DNA from: an uncultured Actinomycetota bacterium
GTDB taxonomy: Bacteria > Actinomycetota > Nitriliruptoria > Euzebyales > Egibacteraceae
Direction: 5' to 3'
DNA length: 55,033 nucleotides
Assembly: GCA_964629825.1 (NCBI GenBank)
Contig: CAZVUW010000009.1
Coordinates: 1-55,033 of the forward strand
The translations under genes and the position numbers were made by a program. The notes under the pieces were generated by a model. It was not told the origin of the DNA, ran no database searches, and worked only from the letters and a program-made list of their open reading frames with translations. This document shows positions 48,901 to 54,986 of the stretch, in pieces. How positions within the stretch are numbered: position 1 is the first letter of the stretch; the number at the start of each line of letters is the position of its first letter.

Positions 48901-50505
48901 ACGTACCCGAACGGCGTGATCTCGACCACGACCTTCGACGACGCGGGAGCCGCCGCGAGCCGGACCATCACGGGCTCCGGTGGCCAGGTGCTCGCCTCCT
49001 TCGGCGTCACCCGCGACGCCGGCGGCCGCCTCACCGGGGTCGAGGAGACCGGTCCCGGCCTGGGCGCACCGCGCTCCCGCGCTTACGCCTACGACGCCGC
49101 GGGCCGCCTCACCGGCGCGACGGTCACCCGTGACGGCACGGTCGTCACCGACGAGAGCTACACGCTCGACGCCTTCGGCAACCGCACGGCGGTCACCTCA
49201 GGCGGTACCACCCAGACCGCGACGTTCGACGCCCTCGACCGCATCACGACGCTCGGGGACACGACCTACACCCACGACGCCTCAGGACGCCGCATCCGGG
49301 CCGAGGGCCCCGATGGCGCCACGTCCTACGCCTATGACAGCGATCACCGGCTGATCCGGGTCGGCAAGCCCGACGGCACTGTGGTCGAGCACGCCTACGA
49401 CGTCGACGGCAACCGCGTTGCCACCACGGTCGCAGGCCAGCGCACCGAGTACGTGCTGGACATCGCGGCCGAGCTGCCACAGGTCGCCGCCGAGACCGAC
49501 GGTCGGGGCACCGTCACCGCGACCTACGTCTACATCGCGGGCCGCCTCGTCGCCATGCGGCGCGGCGGGGTGACCACCTACGTCCACGATGACCACGGCG
49601 GCAACATCCGCCTGCTCACGGACGCCACCGGCGCGGTCACCGACACCTTCGACTACGGGCCCTTCGGGACGCTCGAGAGCCGCACCGGCACGACCCCGCT
49701 GCCGTACGGCTACCGCGGGCAGCGCTACGACGAGTCAACCGGGCTGTACTACCTGCACGCCCGCTACTACGACCCGGTCTCGGCCCGCTTCCTGAGCCCG
49801 GACCCGCACCCGGGTGTGCTGCGGCGGCCGGCGTCGTTCAACCGCTACCTGTACGCCAACGGCGATCCCGTGAACATGTGGGATCCCAACGGCCAGATGG
49901 GCCTCGCCGTGGCGGTGGGCGGCTTCCCCGTCCAGGCCACGCTCGCCGGCATATCCGTGCCGTCGCTGGTCGGGGTCCTCGCCACCGTCTACGTCCTGCT
50001 GCTCATCTCCGGGGTGGTCGGGCCGGCTCTGGTCAGCACCTCCGGCTTGACGATCGGCCAGACGATCGCCAACAGCCAGGCTGCGCAGCGCAGGCTGGAG
50101 CTCGAGTGGGAGAAGCTCGCCGCGGCCATCGCCGCCGCGTCGGCGGCCGCGGCCTGCGGTGTGCCGCTGTTCCACTACACGAGCTACATGGGCGCGCGGG
50201 GCATCTTGGCCGATCAGGCGATCTTCGCCACCCCGACGTTCCGCTCCCCGTGGGGCACGCACCCGTCCGGGGCGTACGCGACCACGATCTGGCCGATCGG
50301 CCCGACGACCCGCTCCCAGCTCCAGGATCTCTACAAGATGGGGGACCGCAACTGGGACGTCTCCTGGTACGTCATGCTGTGCCACAACCAGAACCCGACG
50401 TTCATCCCGTCCGGCTATGGCCAGGAGTGGTACGCGCCGGCGCCGCCGGGTTGGCCCGTGCCGGTGCGCGTGTGGACGATCGGACCGAACCTGATGCTCC
50501 CGTGA
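39916..50505 (+). CDS. Giant secreted RHS-repeat polymorphic toxin (signal peptide, NHL/Vgb-like propeller, vWA, PKD-like, nine cadherin/Ig-like repeats, RHS cage, variable C-terminal toxin)
   Basis: The Sec signal is MVARSTRSLSLLLSLLMVSVLVDPSLAA. Propeller blades show D.(D/N)G.(V/I)W motifs. The vWA MIDAS is DESGS at 41518-41532. Dozens of YD repeats (TYTYD..GN, YDA.GR) span 46279-49896. The RHS core is PYGYRGQRYDESTGLYYLHARYYDPVSARFLSPDP ... NMWDPNGQ. The start could be further upstream (track 39784), but ATG 39916 gives a clean signal peptide. Confidence 0.9.
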   Translation: MVARSTRSLSLLLSLLMVSVLVDPSLAATGERGRTYTTDADFDEGSSVNVVTSVPDQLQLDDEVRAFDFLWVAVSTKGTIVKIDTRTGEVLGEYRTAPQGQPTDPSRTTVDKNGSVWATNRAGNSVVHVGLVENGQCVDRNGNGVIDTSTGLGDVRAWDNAGGANTNGGVSTALDECLLHYVRVSSSGTRHVSVTADNDVWVSGTGGRHFDLIDGASGEIVRREQSVGYGGYGGLIDPSGVIWSSRPLLRWDTANPLTGPNGGNWRGYSHDSYGLCIDPEGNVWNTEYGSRIHKFAPDGTLIGTYNHGGSLAQGCVADRDGHIWVAHSLSGNTVGHLRNDGTHLGNVTVGSGPTGVAVDGAGKIWATNYSSRTVSRIDPDAGPIGTDGQTRVGAVDFTSVDLGGNLYNYSDMTGSTLAGAPDTGTWSVVYDSGVDAAQWGRVAWTAQVPGDGSLTVTAASSENGSTFSAPVDATSGGLIDVPDGRYLRVTVSFKRSSDGDSPVLNDLTVRTGTAPLECETQPGGIAPSDVAFVLDESGSMSSNDPQRIRVSASTAFVDRFVEGDRAAVIGFESSARVILGLSSDVDAIKAALNQTRASGGTDISSGVRAGLDELAKDAQPGRPQFLLLLSDGAGSYSHTLTDRAAAEGVTIYTVGLGPSVPEALLTEIAERTGGRYFPAARADELPDLFQEIRDETEIILCGGPTAEAGGPYAVPEGGAVILFGSADPGDDTRPLTFAWDLDSDGDFETDGPLARFDATDLDGPAEVEVALQVCDADELCDVDTATVEVRNVRPEVDAGPDLVVTVGDTALLDGRFSDPAGDDDAPYETIWTLDGEETAGTADHGDPVRRSVSFDSPQSHLAEVTVTDADGATGRDTARVSAVAIDPDCSGAGPTIAQLWPPNHKLHNVAITGVEAPDGADVAIVITGIRQDEPVNSTGDGNTAPDAFGVGTSTASLRAERAGPQDSRFYHIFYEARTSEGGMCAGSVSVMVPHDRSPNAVHVDGGPIYDSTAGSDPEPGTPVALDGHHRVTNGATLTVDAPGVLAPHLTPDSEDVVAELVEGPDAGELDLRPDGSFTYTAPDAPGDVRFTYRARSGDRVSATGTVTIRVTAATAALHAPDRELWTSEDTPVSATLTARGSGAEDAVFAIVDGPASGTVELDGDVLTYKPARDFTGGDELTYSATSGGVQSVGTVRMTVLASNDTPVAETVAAAVPEDGTALIDVLSAASDADGDALEVVEVTAPAHGTAEVVDGQIRYEPEADYNGPDTFRYRVQDPDGAFAAAAVLVDVTEENDPPLAADLDYSTSWDEALSIPVAEVVAAGRPGPADEEGQALTLTTVTATADTNGRVTLDGDVITYTPDSDFSGRASFRYELCDDGTSAGEPDPRCAHGTITVDVVRTNRPPVAHDAAVTTAEDTPVEITLRATDANDDPLTYRIVTGPAHGNLTGTPPTLTYTPATGFSGTDTFTFAAHDGQAESSPATVTITVTEVNSPPVPAPDHFAIDAGEILTVPAADLTANDVPGPPHEAHQSLTVTRLIATSDTFGALSLADGVVTYTPEPGYSGTASFRYEVCDDGTTAGQPDPLCAEGTVTVDVAVINTPPTAAPVVASTDEDTPVVITLTGRDDDGDALTFAIVEGPQNGALGALSAVICEQDGSASVCSATVTYTPDPDVATIDVFRFAVRDGRATVEATASVYIEPVNDAPTADATPNPLVLAEDTQAGVTLTGADIETPPAALVVEITALPDRGELRHDGRALEVGDRITGVPVDVSYVPDPDANGSDGFTFRVHDDGQALSPPLHAEQAVTVSITPVNDPPVPGTFRASATQGQPLEIPAADVAATASPGPADEAGQALVITNVRAVDDTHGTVVLAGGVITYTPDGDHSGPASFAYTICDDGTTGGQPDPRCAEGVVSLTVAEEGPDLAPPIVEVEDVTVTAGTTAIVTVTATDNRGVASLELTVDGTSVPLDDAGRAQVPTSSPGVQQLVATATDAAGNVGTAMGKVVALGSDDGVAPAAAITAPIDGKELSEPTTVVGTATDARLSHWQLTATPVSPADSAPIVLAEGTEPIADGALGTFDPTTLTGGQYRLRLDVWDLGGRGARAEVVVIADNETPYGQFSMTFTDAVLPLGNFPVTVQRTYSSGSRAISGDFGYGWRLGLQSLKLEVDREPGDGWRAENRGTIIPNWVLIPTKPHTVTIVDDNRDSIIFEFTPTFISPILPNYATAAFTERTNKGATLTPLDATDLFFSGDQLYGFDTIETYHPQAYQLTLRDGRRYTFHLERGLTEYRDANGERLSITASGITSSRGPGVTFARDSEGRITSVTTPGGLVTRYGYDAAGNLAEVIDPEGNRTTFAYDRRHLLIGVVDALGRVPMRTEFDENGRIVAIVDSSGRRTELSSDPDAREETISDRLGNVTVRSYDEDGNVLKEIHPDGAVETFTYDADGNQTSRTDGLGRTTTYTYDQRGNRTSQTDELGNTTTYTYDEDDNLIAMVDPLDEVTTFTYDGNGNRTSVTYPDGTTESWTYDSRGNLLTETDATGAVTRHTYDSQGRRISTVLPGGAERVTTYDADGRRASQTGPSGTETFGYDGLGNITTHHDPLGGQTLNTYDPLGRRTEQVDPLGGIRTKTYDEHGNVVAETDATGAVTRHTYDAEGRKLSTTDPDGTVHSFTYDRRGREIARRVDGVIVEERTYDAAGQITSITDAAGAVTRYEYDRAGRLVRTIFPDGSAEELTLDGAGNVLERTTPDGTTTFTYDERGRMRSRTVPGRGTTTYDYDADGRLKEEIGPDGRKTTYTYGADHRLASVTDGLGGVTTFSYDGDGRLTSVTDPLGRTTTYQHDARGHLTERSVEGQVLERYTADAMGRILTRTDADGRVTSYEHDGEGHLVAIDHADGRTTRIDYTDGGRRDTVTDARGVTSYGYDTAGRLVQVTAPEGTVSYAYRPDGNLASRTDPGGTTAYEYDDLGRLTAVVDPSGGRYTIGYDSAGRPSTLTYPNGVISTTTFDDAGAAASRTITGSGGQVLASFGVTRDAGGRLTGVEETGPGLGAPRSRAYAYDAAGRLTGATVTRDGTVVTDESYTLDAFGNRTAVTSGGTTQTATFDALDRITTLGDTTYTHDASGRRIRAEGPDGATSYAYDSDHRLIRVGKPDGTVVEHAYDVDGNRVATTVAGQRTEYVLDIAAELPQVAAETDGRGTVTATYVYIAGRLVAMRRGGVTTYVHDDHGGNIRLLTDATGAVTDTFDYGPFGTLESRTGTTPLPYGYRGQRYDESTGLYYLHARYYDPVSARFLSPDPHPGVLRRPASFNRYLYANGDPVNMWDPNGQMGLAVAVGGFPVQATLAGISVPSLVGVLATVYVLLLISGVVGPALVSTSGLTIGQTIANSQAAQRRLELEWEKLAAAIAAASAAAACGVPLFHYTSYMGARGILADQAIFATPTFRSPWGTHPSGAYATTIWPIGPTTRSQLQDLYKMGDRNWDVSWYVMLCHNQNPTFIPSGYGQEWYAPAPPGWPVPVRVWTIGPNLMLP

Positions 50506-51575
50506 GGCTCGAGCGCTCGGGCTCGCTCCCCCGCATCGGGGGGGTCACCGGTGCGCTGTCCGTCGGCGAGCACGTCGTCGTGACGTGCTCGCGCGGGACC
50601 GAGCGCTGGGCCGTCGGCCTGCGCCGCGACGGCGCCGGCTGGGCGCAGGCCTGGTCGCACGACCTGGTCGGCGACGCCTCCTACCCGTGGAGGGGCCACG
50701 GCATCTGGCTGGACCGCGGCGGGGCCGTCGGCCTGCCCGGCGGCCGGGTGGCCCTGGTCGGTGGCCGTGAGCGCCTGGTCGTGACCGCGGACGGCCGGGT
50801 CGAGACCCGTGCCGAGGGCGTGGCCGCGAGCGCTCCGCCCGCGCTGGTCGACGGCCTGCTGCTCATCCCGGAGCGCGCCGAGCTCGCCGCCTACGACCCG
50901 GACGACCTGACCGAGCGCTGGCGGCGCCCCACCCCGTGGGCCGCGCTGGTCTGCACGTCAGCGGTCGGCGACGTGGTGGGGATCAGCCACCACGACCGCG
51001 ACCCGGCCGAGAGCCACCTGTGGTGGTACGGGGCCGGCGCCACCGCCGCGCTGGGCTTCGAGGCGCTGTGGCATGCGCCGCTGCCCGTGCCGCTGCCCCT
51101 CGACGGGGCCGCGGTCGCCGCGGGACGCTCGGCCGCCGTAGTGGCCGAGGGCAGCTCGGCGGCGACGGTGGTGACGGCCGTCGGACCGGAGGGCCAGGAG
51201 CTCTGGCGGATTCCACGCGGCGCGCCGGCCTTCCCCCAGGCGCCGCGTCCGGCGCTGACGGGGCAGCTCCTTCCCGGCGACGGAGTGGTCTGGTGCGCCG
51301 TCGCCGAGCCGGCAGTGCTGGCCATCGACCCGGTGGACGGCGCCGTGCGCGCCGACGTGCCCCTGCCGGCCGACGCCACGGCGATGGCGCTGACCGGCGA
51401 CGCGCTGTGGGTGGGCACCGCCGACGGCGAGGTGCTCCAGATCGAGGACGCCGAGGTCGTCGCCCGCGCCGTCTTCGACCCCGGCGGTGCCGAGCGGCTG
51501 TCCCTGCTGCTACCGCTCGGCCCGGGGCTGCTCGGGATCGGCTCGCTCGGCTCCCTTGTCGAGATCAGCGCCTGA
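50502..51575 (+). CDS. Cytoplasmic beta-propeller-like (PQQ/BamB-type repeat) protein; candidate cognate immunity protein
   Basis: GTG 50502 overlaps the toxin stop (GTGA). There is no signal peptide. Repeated strand-turn motifs are LVVTADGRVE, LAAYDPDDLTERWRR, GQELWRIP, VLAIDPVDGAVRADV and ALWVGTADGEVLQI. I trimmed the 565-aa track ORF. Confidence 0.65.
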   Translation: MRLERSGSLPRIGGVTGALSVGEHVVVTCSRGTERWAVGLRRDGAGWAQAWSHDLVGDASYPWRGHGIWLDRGGAVGLPGGRVALVGGRERLVVTADGRVETRAEGVAASAPPALVDGLLLIPERAELAAYDPDDLTERWRRPTPWAALVCTSAVGDVVGISHHDRDPAESHLWWYGAGATAALGFEALWHAPLPVPLPLDGAAVAAGRSAAVVAEGSSAATVVTAVGPEGQELWRIPRGAPAFPQAPRPALTGQLLPGDGVVWCAVAEPAVLAIDPVDGAVRADVPLPADATAMALTGDALWVGTADGEVLQIEDAEVVARAVFDPGGAERLSLLLPLGPGLLGIGSLGSLVEISA

Positions 51576-51602
51576 CCCCGCCCTGGGCAGCCATCCCGAG
51601 GG

Positions 51603-53660
51603 TCAGCTGGCGGGCACGGCGGCGGCCAGGCGGTCCTCGACCGGGTTGGTCACCGCGCCGCCTCCTCCGACGATCCGCGGGCGGGCGCCGCGCGGGAGCA
51701 CGTCGCGCAGGAACGAGACCGTGCCGGTCACGGCGGCGGGCTCACGCCCGGGCGCCAGGATGAGGATGCCGTTGGTGGCCGCGGCGGCGGGCCCGGCGGC
51801 CAGCGCGTCCGGCCAGTCCTGACCGGTGGCGATCCAGGTGCTGGCGGGCTCGGCGCCGTCGGCGATCGCTCGCCGCGCGACCTCGACAGAGGTCGAGTAG
51901 CGCGTGTTCCCGGAGACCCGCTCGACGTTGCCGCTGCCGCCGACGGCGGAGGCGATCTGGCGCTGGACCGCGCTGGAGACTGCCCCGGTTCCGCCGACGA
52001 TCGTCGCGCTGCGAGCGCGCAGCTCGGTCAGCGCTGCCCCGGTGCCCGGCGGGACGACATCGCGGGTGACCAGCAGGATCGGGCGCTGCTGGCGGGCCGC
52101 CAGCGCGGACACCGAGACGGCGTCCGGCCAGCCCCGCGCCGGGTTCGACGACGCGCCCTCGACCACGTAGACGTCGCGTCCGCCGACCTCTGCCGCGATC
52201 CGCCGCGCGGTCTCGAAGCGGTCCGAGCCGGACAGCCGACGCACCTGCTGGACCGACGGCCGCGCCCGGAGCTCCTGGATGACACGGTTGCTGACGGCCG
52301 CCTCGCCACCGAGGACCACGACCTCCCGGACGCCGAGGCGGTCGATCTCGGCGGCCACCGCCGAGTCGAGGCGGTCGCGCAGGGTCAGCAGCAGCGGCGC
52401 GCCCAGCTTCTGCGCCAGGGGCGCCCCGGCGAGGGCATCGGGATAGGCGTCGGCGCGGGCGATGAGCGCCACCCGGCTGCTGCCGCGGGCATGGACCTCG
52501 CTGCTGAGAGCGACCGACGTGCCCATACGGGTCGAGCCCGAGACGCGTTCGACCCTGGCGCGGTGGCCGTAGGCAAGGGCGTGCCCGGCCGTTGGGGCGA
52601 AGCCGCTGCACCCGCTGATCGCGCTGTAGCGGGGATCCGACCCGAACCGGTTCCCGCCCCCGTCCACGATCCCGCTCGGCGCCGGACGAGTGCTGAGCGG
52701 CAGCGTGTTGAAGATGAACCTGGCCGCCCACCACGCGACGTTGTCACGCGCGACGACCGTGGAGCCCCTGACCCCGTGCCCGCGCAGGTTGCCGTACTCG
52801 GACGGCTTGGAGGTGACCTTGCCGAAGATGTTGCGCTCGATCACGACGTCGTGGACGTCGTGCTCGACCAGGAGGTTCTGACCGGCGTCGAACATGGTGT
52901 TGTAGCGGACGGTCACGTTGCCGGCCGAGGGCGACGTCGAGGTCGCGCCGCTGCCCAGCTTCAGGTTGGTGCCGTTGGGCGCGCGGAACAGCAGGTTGCG
53001 CTCGATCAGCCCCGGCCCGGAGCCGACGCCGCTCTGCACGTAGATGTTGTGGTTGCGCTCGGTCGTGCTGCTGGTCGCACGGGTGTCGTAGACGCAGTTG
53101 CCGGTGACCGCCCAGTCCCGCGGCACACCGGACTCGGTGGACACGCCGACGTACACGCCGGCGTCGGCATGGGCGCCCGACACGCGGTTGTTCGCGAAGA
53201 CCCAGCCCCGACCGCCCATCAGCTTGACCAGGGGCTCCTTGGAGCTGCCGTTGGGCGGCCAGCGGATGTCGAAGCCCTCGAAGGTCCACCAGCTGGCGCT
53301 GCGGATGTGCCACTGCCCGATCACGACCGGCCGCTCCCCCGGCCAGCCGGCGACGCGGATCCGAGCCGACGGCGAGGTGCGCCGGCTGTCGTAGATGACG
53401 CTCGTCAGGTTCTCGGTGTAGGTGCCGGCTCGCACCAGCAGCGTCTGGCCGGGCTGCACCTGTCGCAGGCCGTGGCCGAGCGTGCGCCAGGGGCGCTGCT
53501 CGGTGCCGGGGTTGCCGTCGTCGCCGTTCGGTGCGACGACTCGGGTCGCCTGCCCCGGCTGGGCGTGGGCGGCCGGCACGCCGACGTCGGTCAGGGCGAT
53601 GAGAACGGCCGCGATGAGCAGCAGAAGGCGGAAGCCGCGGGACTGCACGGAGCTGTACAT
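51603..53660 (-). CDS. Secreted right-handed beta-helix protein with three C-terminal CWB2 cell-wall-binding repeats
   Basis: The signal peptide is FRLLLLIAAVLIALTDVGVPAAHA. The beta-helix N-cap is VAPNGDDGNPGTEQRPWRTLGHGL ... LLVRAGTY. The three CWB2 units are RVSGSTRMGTSVALS...YPDALAGAPLA, RLSGSDRFETARRIA...WPDAVSVSALA and RVSGNTRYSTSVEVA...WPDALAAGPAA. I trimmed the track ORF to ATG 53660. Confidence 0.8.
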   Translation of the reverse strand: MYSSVQSRGFRLLLLIAAVLIALTDVGVPAAHAQPGQATRVVAPNGDDGNPGTEQRPWRTLGHGLRQVQPGQTLLVRAGTYTENLTSVIYDSRRTSPSARIRVAGWPGERPVVIGQWHIRSASWWTFEGFDIRWPPNGSSKEPLVKLMGGRGWVFANNRVSGAHADAGVYVGVSTESGVPRDWAVTGNCVYDTRATSSTTERNHNIYVQSGVGSGPGLIERNLLFRAPNGTNLKLGSGATSTSPSAGNVTVRYNTMFDAGQNLLVEHDVHDVVIERNIFGKVTSKPSEYGNLRGHGVRGSTVVARDNVAWWAARFIFNTLPLSTRPAPSGIVDGGGNRFGSDPRYSAISGCSGFAPTAGHALAYGHRARVERVSGSTRMGTSVALSSEVHARGSSRVALIARADAYPDALAGAPLAQKLGAPLLLTLRDRLDSAVAAEIDRLGVREVVVLGGEAAVSNRVIQELRARPSVQQVRRLSGSDRFETARRIAAEVGGRDVYVVEGASSNPARGWPDAVSVSALAARQQRPILLVTRDVVPPGTGAALTELRARSATIVGGTGAVSSAVQRQIASAVGGSGNVERVSGNTRYSTSVEVARRAIADGAEPASTWIATGQDWPDALAAGPAAAATNGILILAPGREPAAVTGTVSFLRDVLPRGARPRIVGGGGAVTNPVEDRLAAAVPAS

Positions 53661-53727
53661 GGAGACCTCGTCACAAACCGGACGCCTTGGGTCTGCGGCC
53701 TCCCCATGGCCATGGGGCCGCAAACCG

Positions 53728-54066
53728 TCAGGGCGCGCCAGACTGCCGACGGCTGCTCCTGAGGGCAAGGCGCAGCGCCGCGGCGGCGATCGCCGACGTG
53801 ACGATCGCCGCCAGCCACAGCGAGGGCCCGCGCTCCCCCACGCCCCAGCCGGTCATCCACCACAGCAGCAGGGCGACCGCTGCGGCGGCGGCTGCGACCA
53901 GGAGCAGACCCAGCCTGCGAAGGCGCTCGTCGGCGCCGATCGCCACCGCCGCACCCACGGCTCCGAGCCACACCGGCGCCGCGAAGTAGGTGCCCATGGC
54001 GCCACGGACCAGGAAGCCGATCGCGAGCCCGGCCAGGAGCACCCCCAGGGCTACGACGCTTTTCAT
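53728..54066 (-). CDS. Small hydrophobic membrane protein (about 4 TM segments)
   Basis: ATGA overlap with the upstream GT2 gene. The sequence is hydrophobic and Ala/Leu/Gly-rich. The function is unknown. Confidence 0.5.
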   Translation of the reverse strand: MKSVVALGVLLAGLAIGFLVRGAMGTYFAAPVWLGAVGAAVAIGADERLRRLGLLLVAAAAAAVALLLWWMTGWGVGERGPSLWLAAIVTSAIAAAALRLALRSSRRQSGAP

Positions 54067-54986
54067 CGTCCCCCGGTCAGGTAGCCCCAGCCCCAGGCCA
54101 GGTGCATCGTGAGCAGGGCGAGCAGCGTGCGAGCGCGCTGGCCGGCGGGGGCGCGCGCCGCGCCGAGCGCGACGGCGGCGGTGTAGGAGGCCGGCACGGC
54201 CAGCGACAGGCCGCGCGTCGGCCGGGCGGCCGCCAGCGCCGCCAAATTGGCGACGAGCATCAGCGGTGCCGCTAGCTGCCGCGCCCGGATGGAGCTCGGA
54301 TGGCGGCGGTGCACCTCGCGCTTCCAGCGGCCGTAGTCGCGGTACTGGCGGGCGAGGGTGGCCAGGGAGCCGCGCGGCCGGTAGGCGACGCGCAGCTCGG
54401 GTGAGAACCAGACCATGCCCCCGCTGGCTCGCAGGCGGATGTTGAGCTCGTAGTCCTGGTTGCGGAGCAGCGACTCGTCGAAGCCTCCGACGCGCTCCAG
54501 GGCCGCGCGGCGGAACACCCCGAGATAGACCGTGTCCACCGGCCCGGGGCTCCCCGCGCCCCGGTAGGCGGCGCCGCCGCTGCCGAGCGGTGAGGCCATG
54601 GCCGCGGCGACCGCGCGCTCGAACGGGGTCGTCCCCACCGGGTCCTGGATGCCGCCGACGTTGTCTGCGCCGGTGCAGCCGAGCAGCTCGACGGCACGCC
54701 GCAGGTAGCCGTGCGGGAGGACGGCGTGGGCGTCAACGCGCGCCACGACGTCACCGGTCGAGGCCTCGATCGCCCGGTTCAGAGCCGCCGGCGTGGTTCC
54801 GCTCAGGTTGTCGACCCGGCGCACCCGCGGATCGGCGGCCGCCACCTCGTCGACCAGCGCGACCGTCCCGTCCTCAGAGGGACCGACCGCCACGACCACC
54901 TCGAGCTCGCCGGGGTACTTCTGCGCCTGCACGGCGGCGAGAGCCTCGGCGATTGTCGCGGCGCTGTTGCGCGCCGGCATTACCAC
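54063..54986 (-). CDS. Glycosyltransferase family 2 with C-terminal membrane segments (ExoA-like)
   Basis: Motifs seen: VVMPARNSAATIAEAL, VVVAVGPSEDGT, VDAHAVLPHGY, GGAAYRG and NQDYELNIRL. The frame stays open upstream to the window edge (..PRVSVVMPARN), so the true start may be GTG 54986 or outside the window. Confidence 0.75.
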   Translation of the reverse strand: MVMPARNSAATIAEALAAVQAQKYPGELEVVVAVGPSEDGTVALVDEVAAADPRVRRVDNLSGTTPAALNRAIEASTGDVVARVDAHAVLPHGYLRRAVELLGCTGADNVGGIQDPVGTTPFERAVAAAMASPLGSGGAAYRGAGSPGPVDTVYLGVFRRAALERVGGFDESLLRNQDYELNIRLRASGGMVWFSPELRVAYRPRGSLATLARQYRDYGRWKREVHRRHPSSIRARQLAAPLMLVANLAALAAARPTRGLSLAVPASYTAAVALGAARAPAGQRARTLLALLTMHLAWGWGYLTGGR

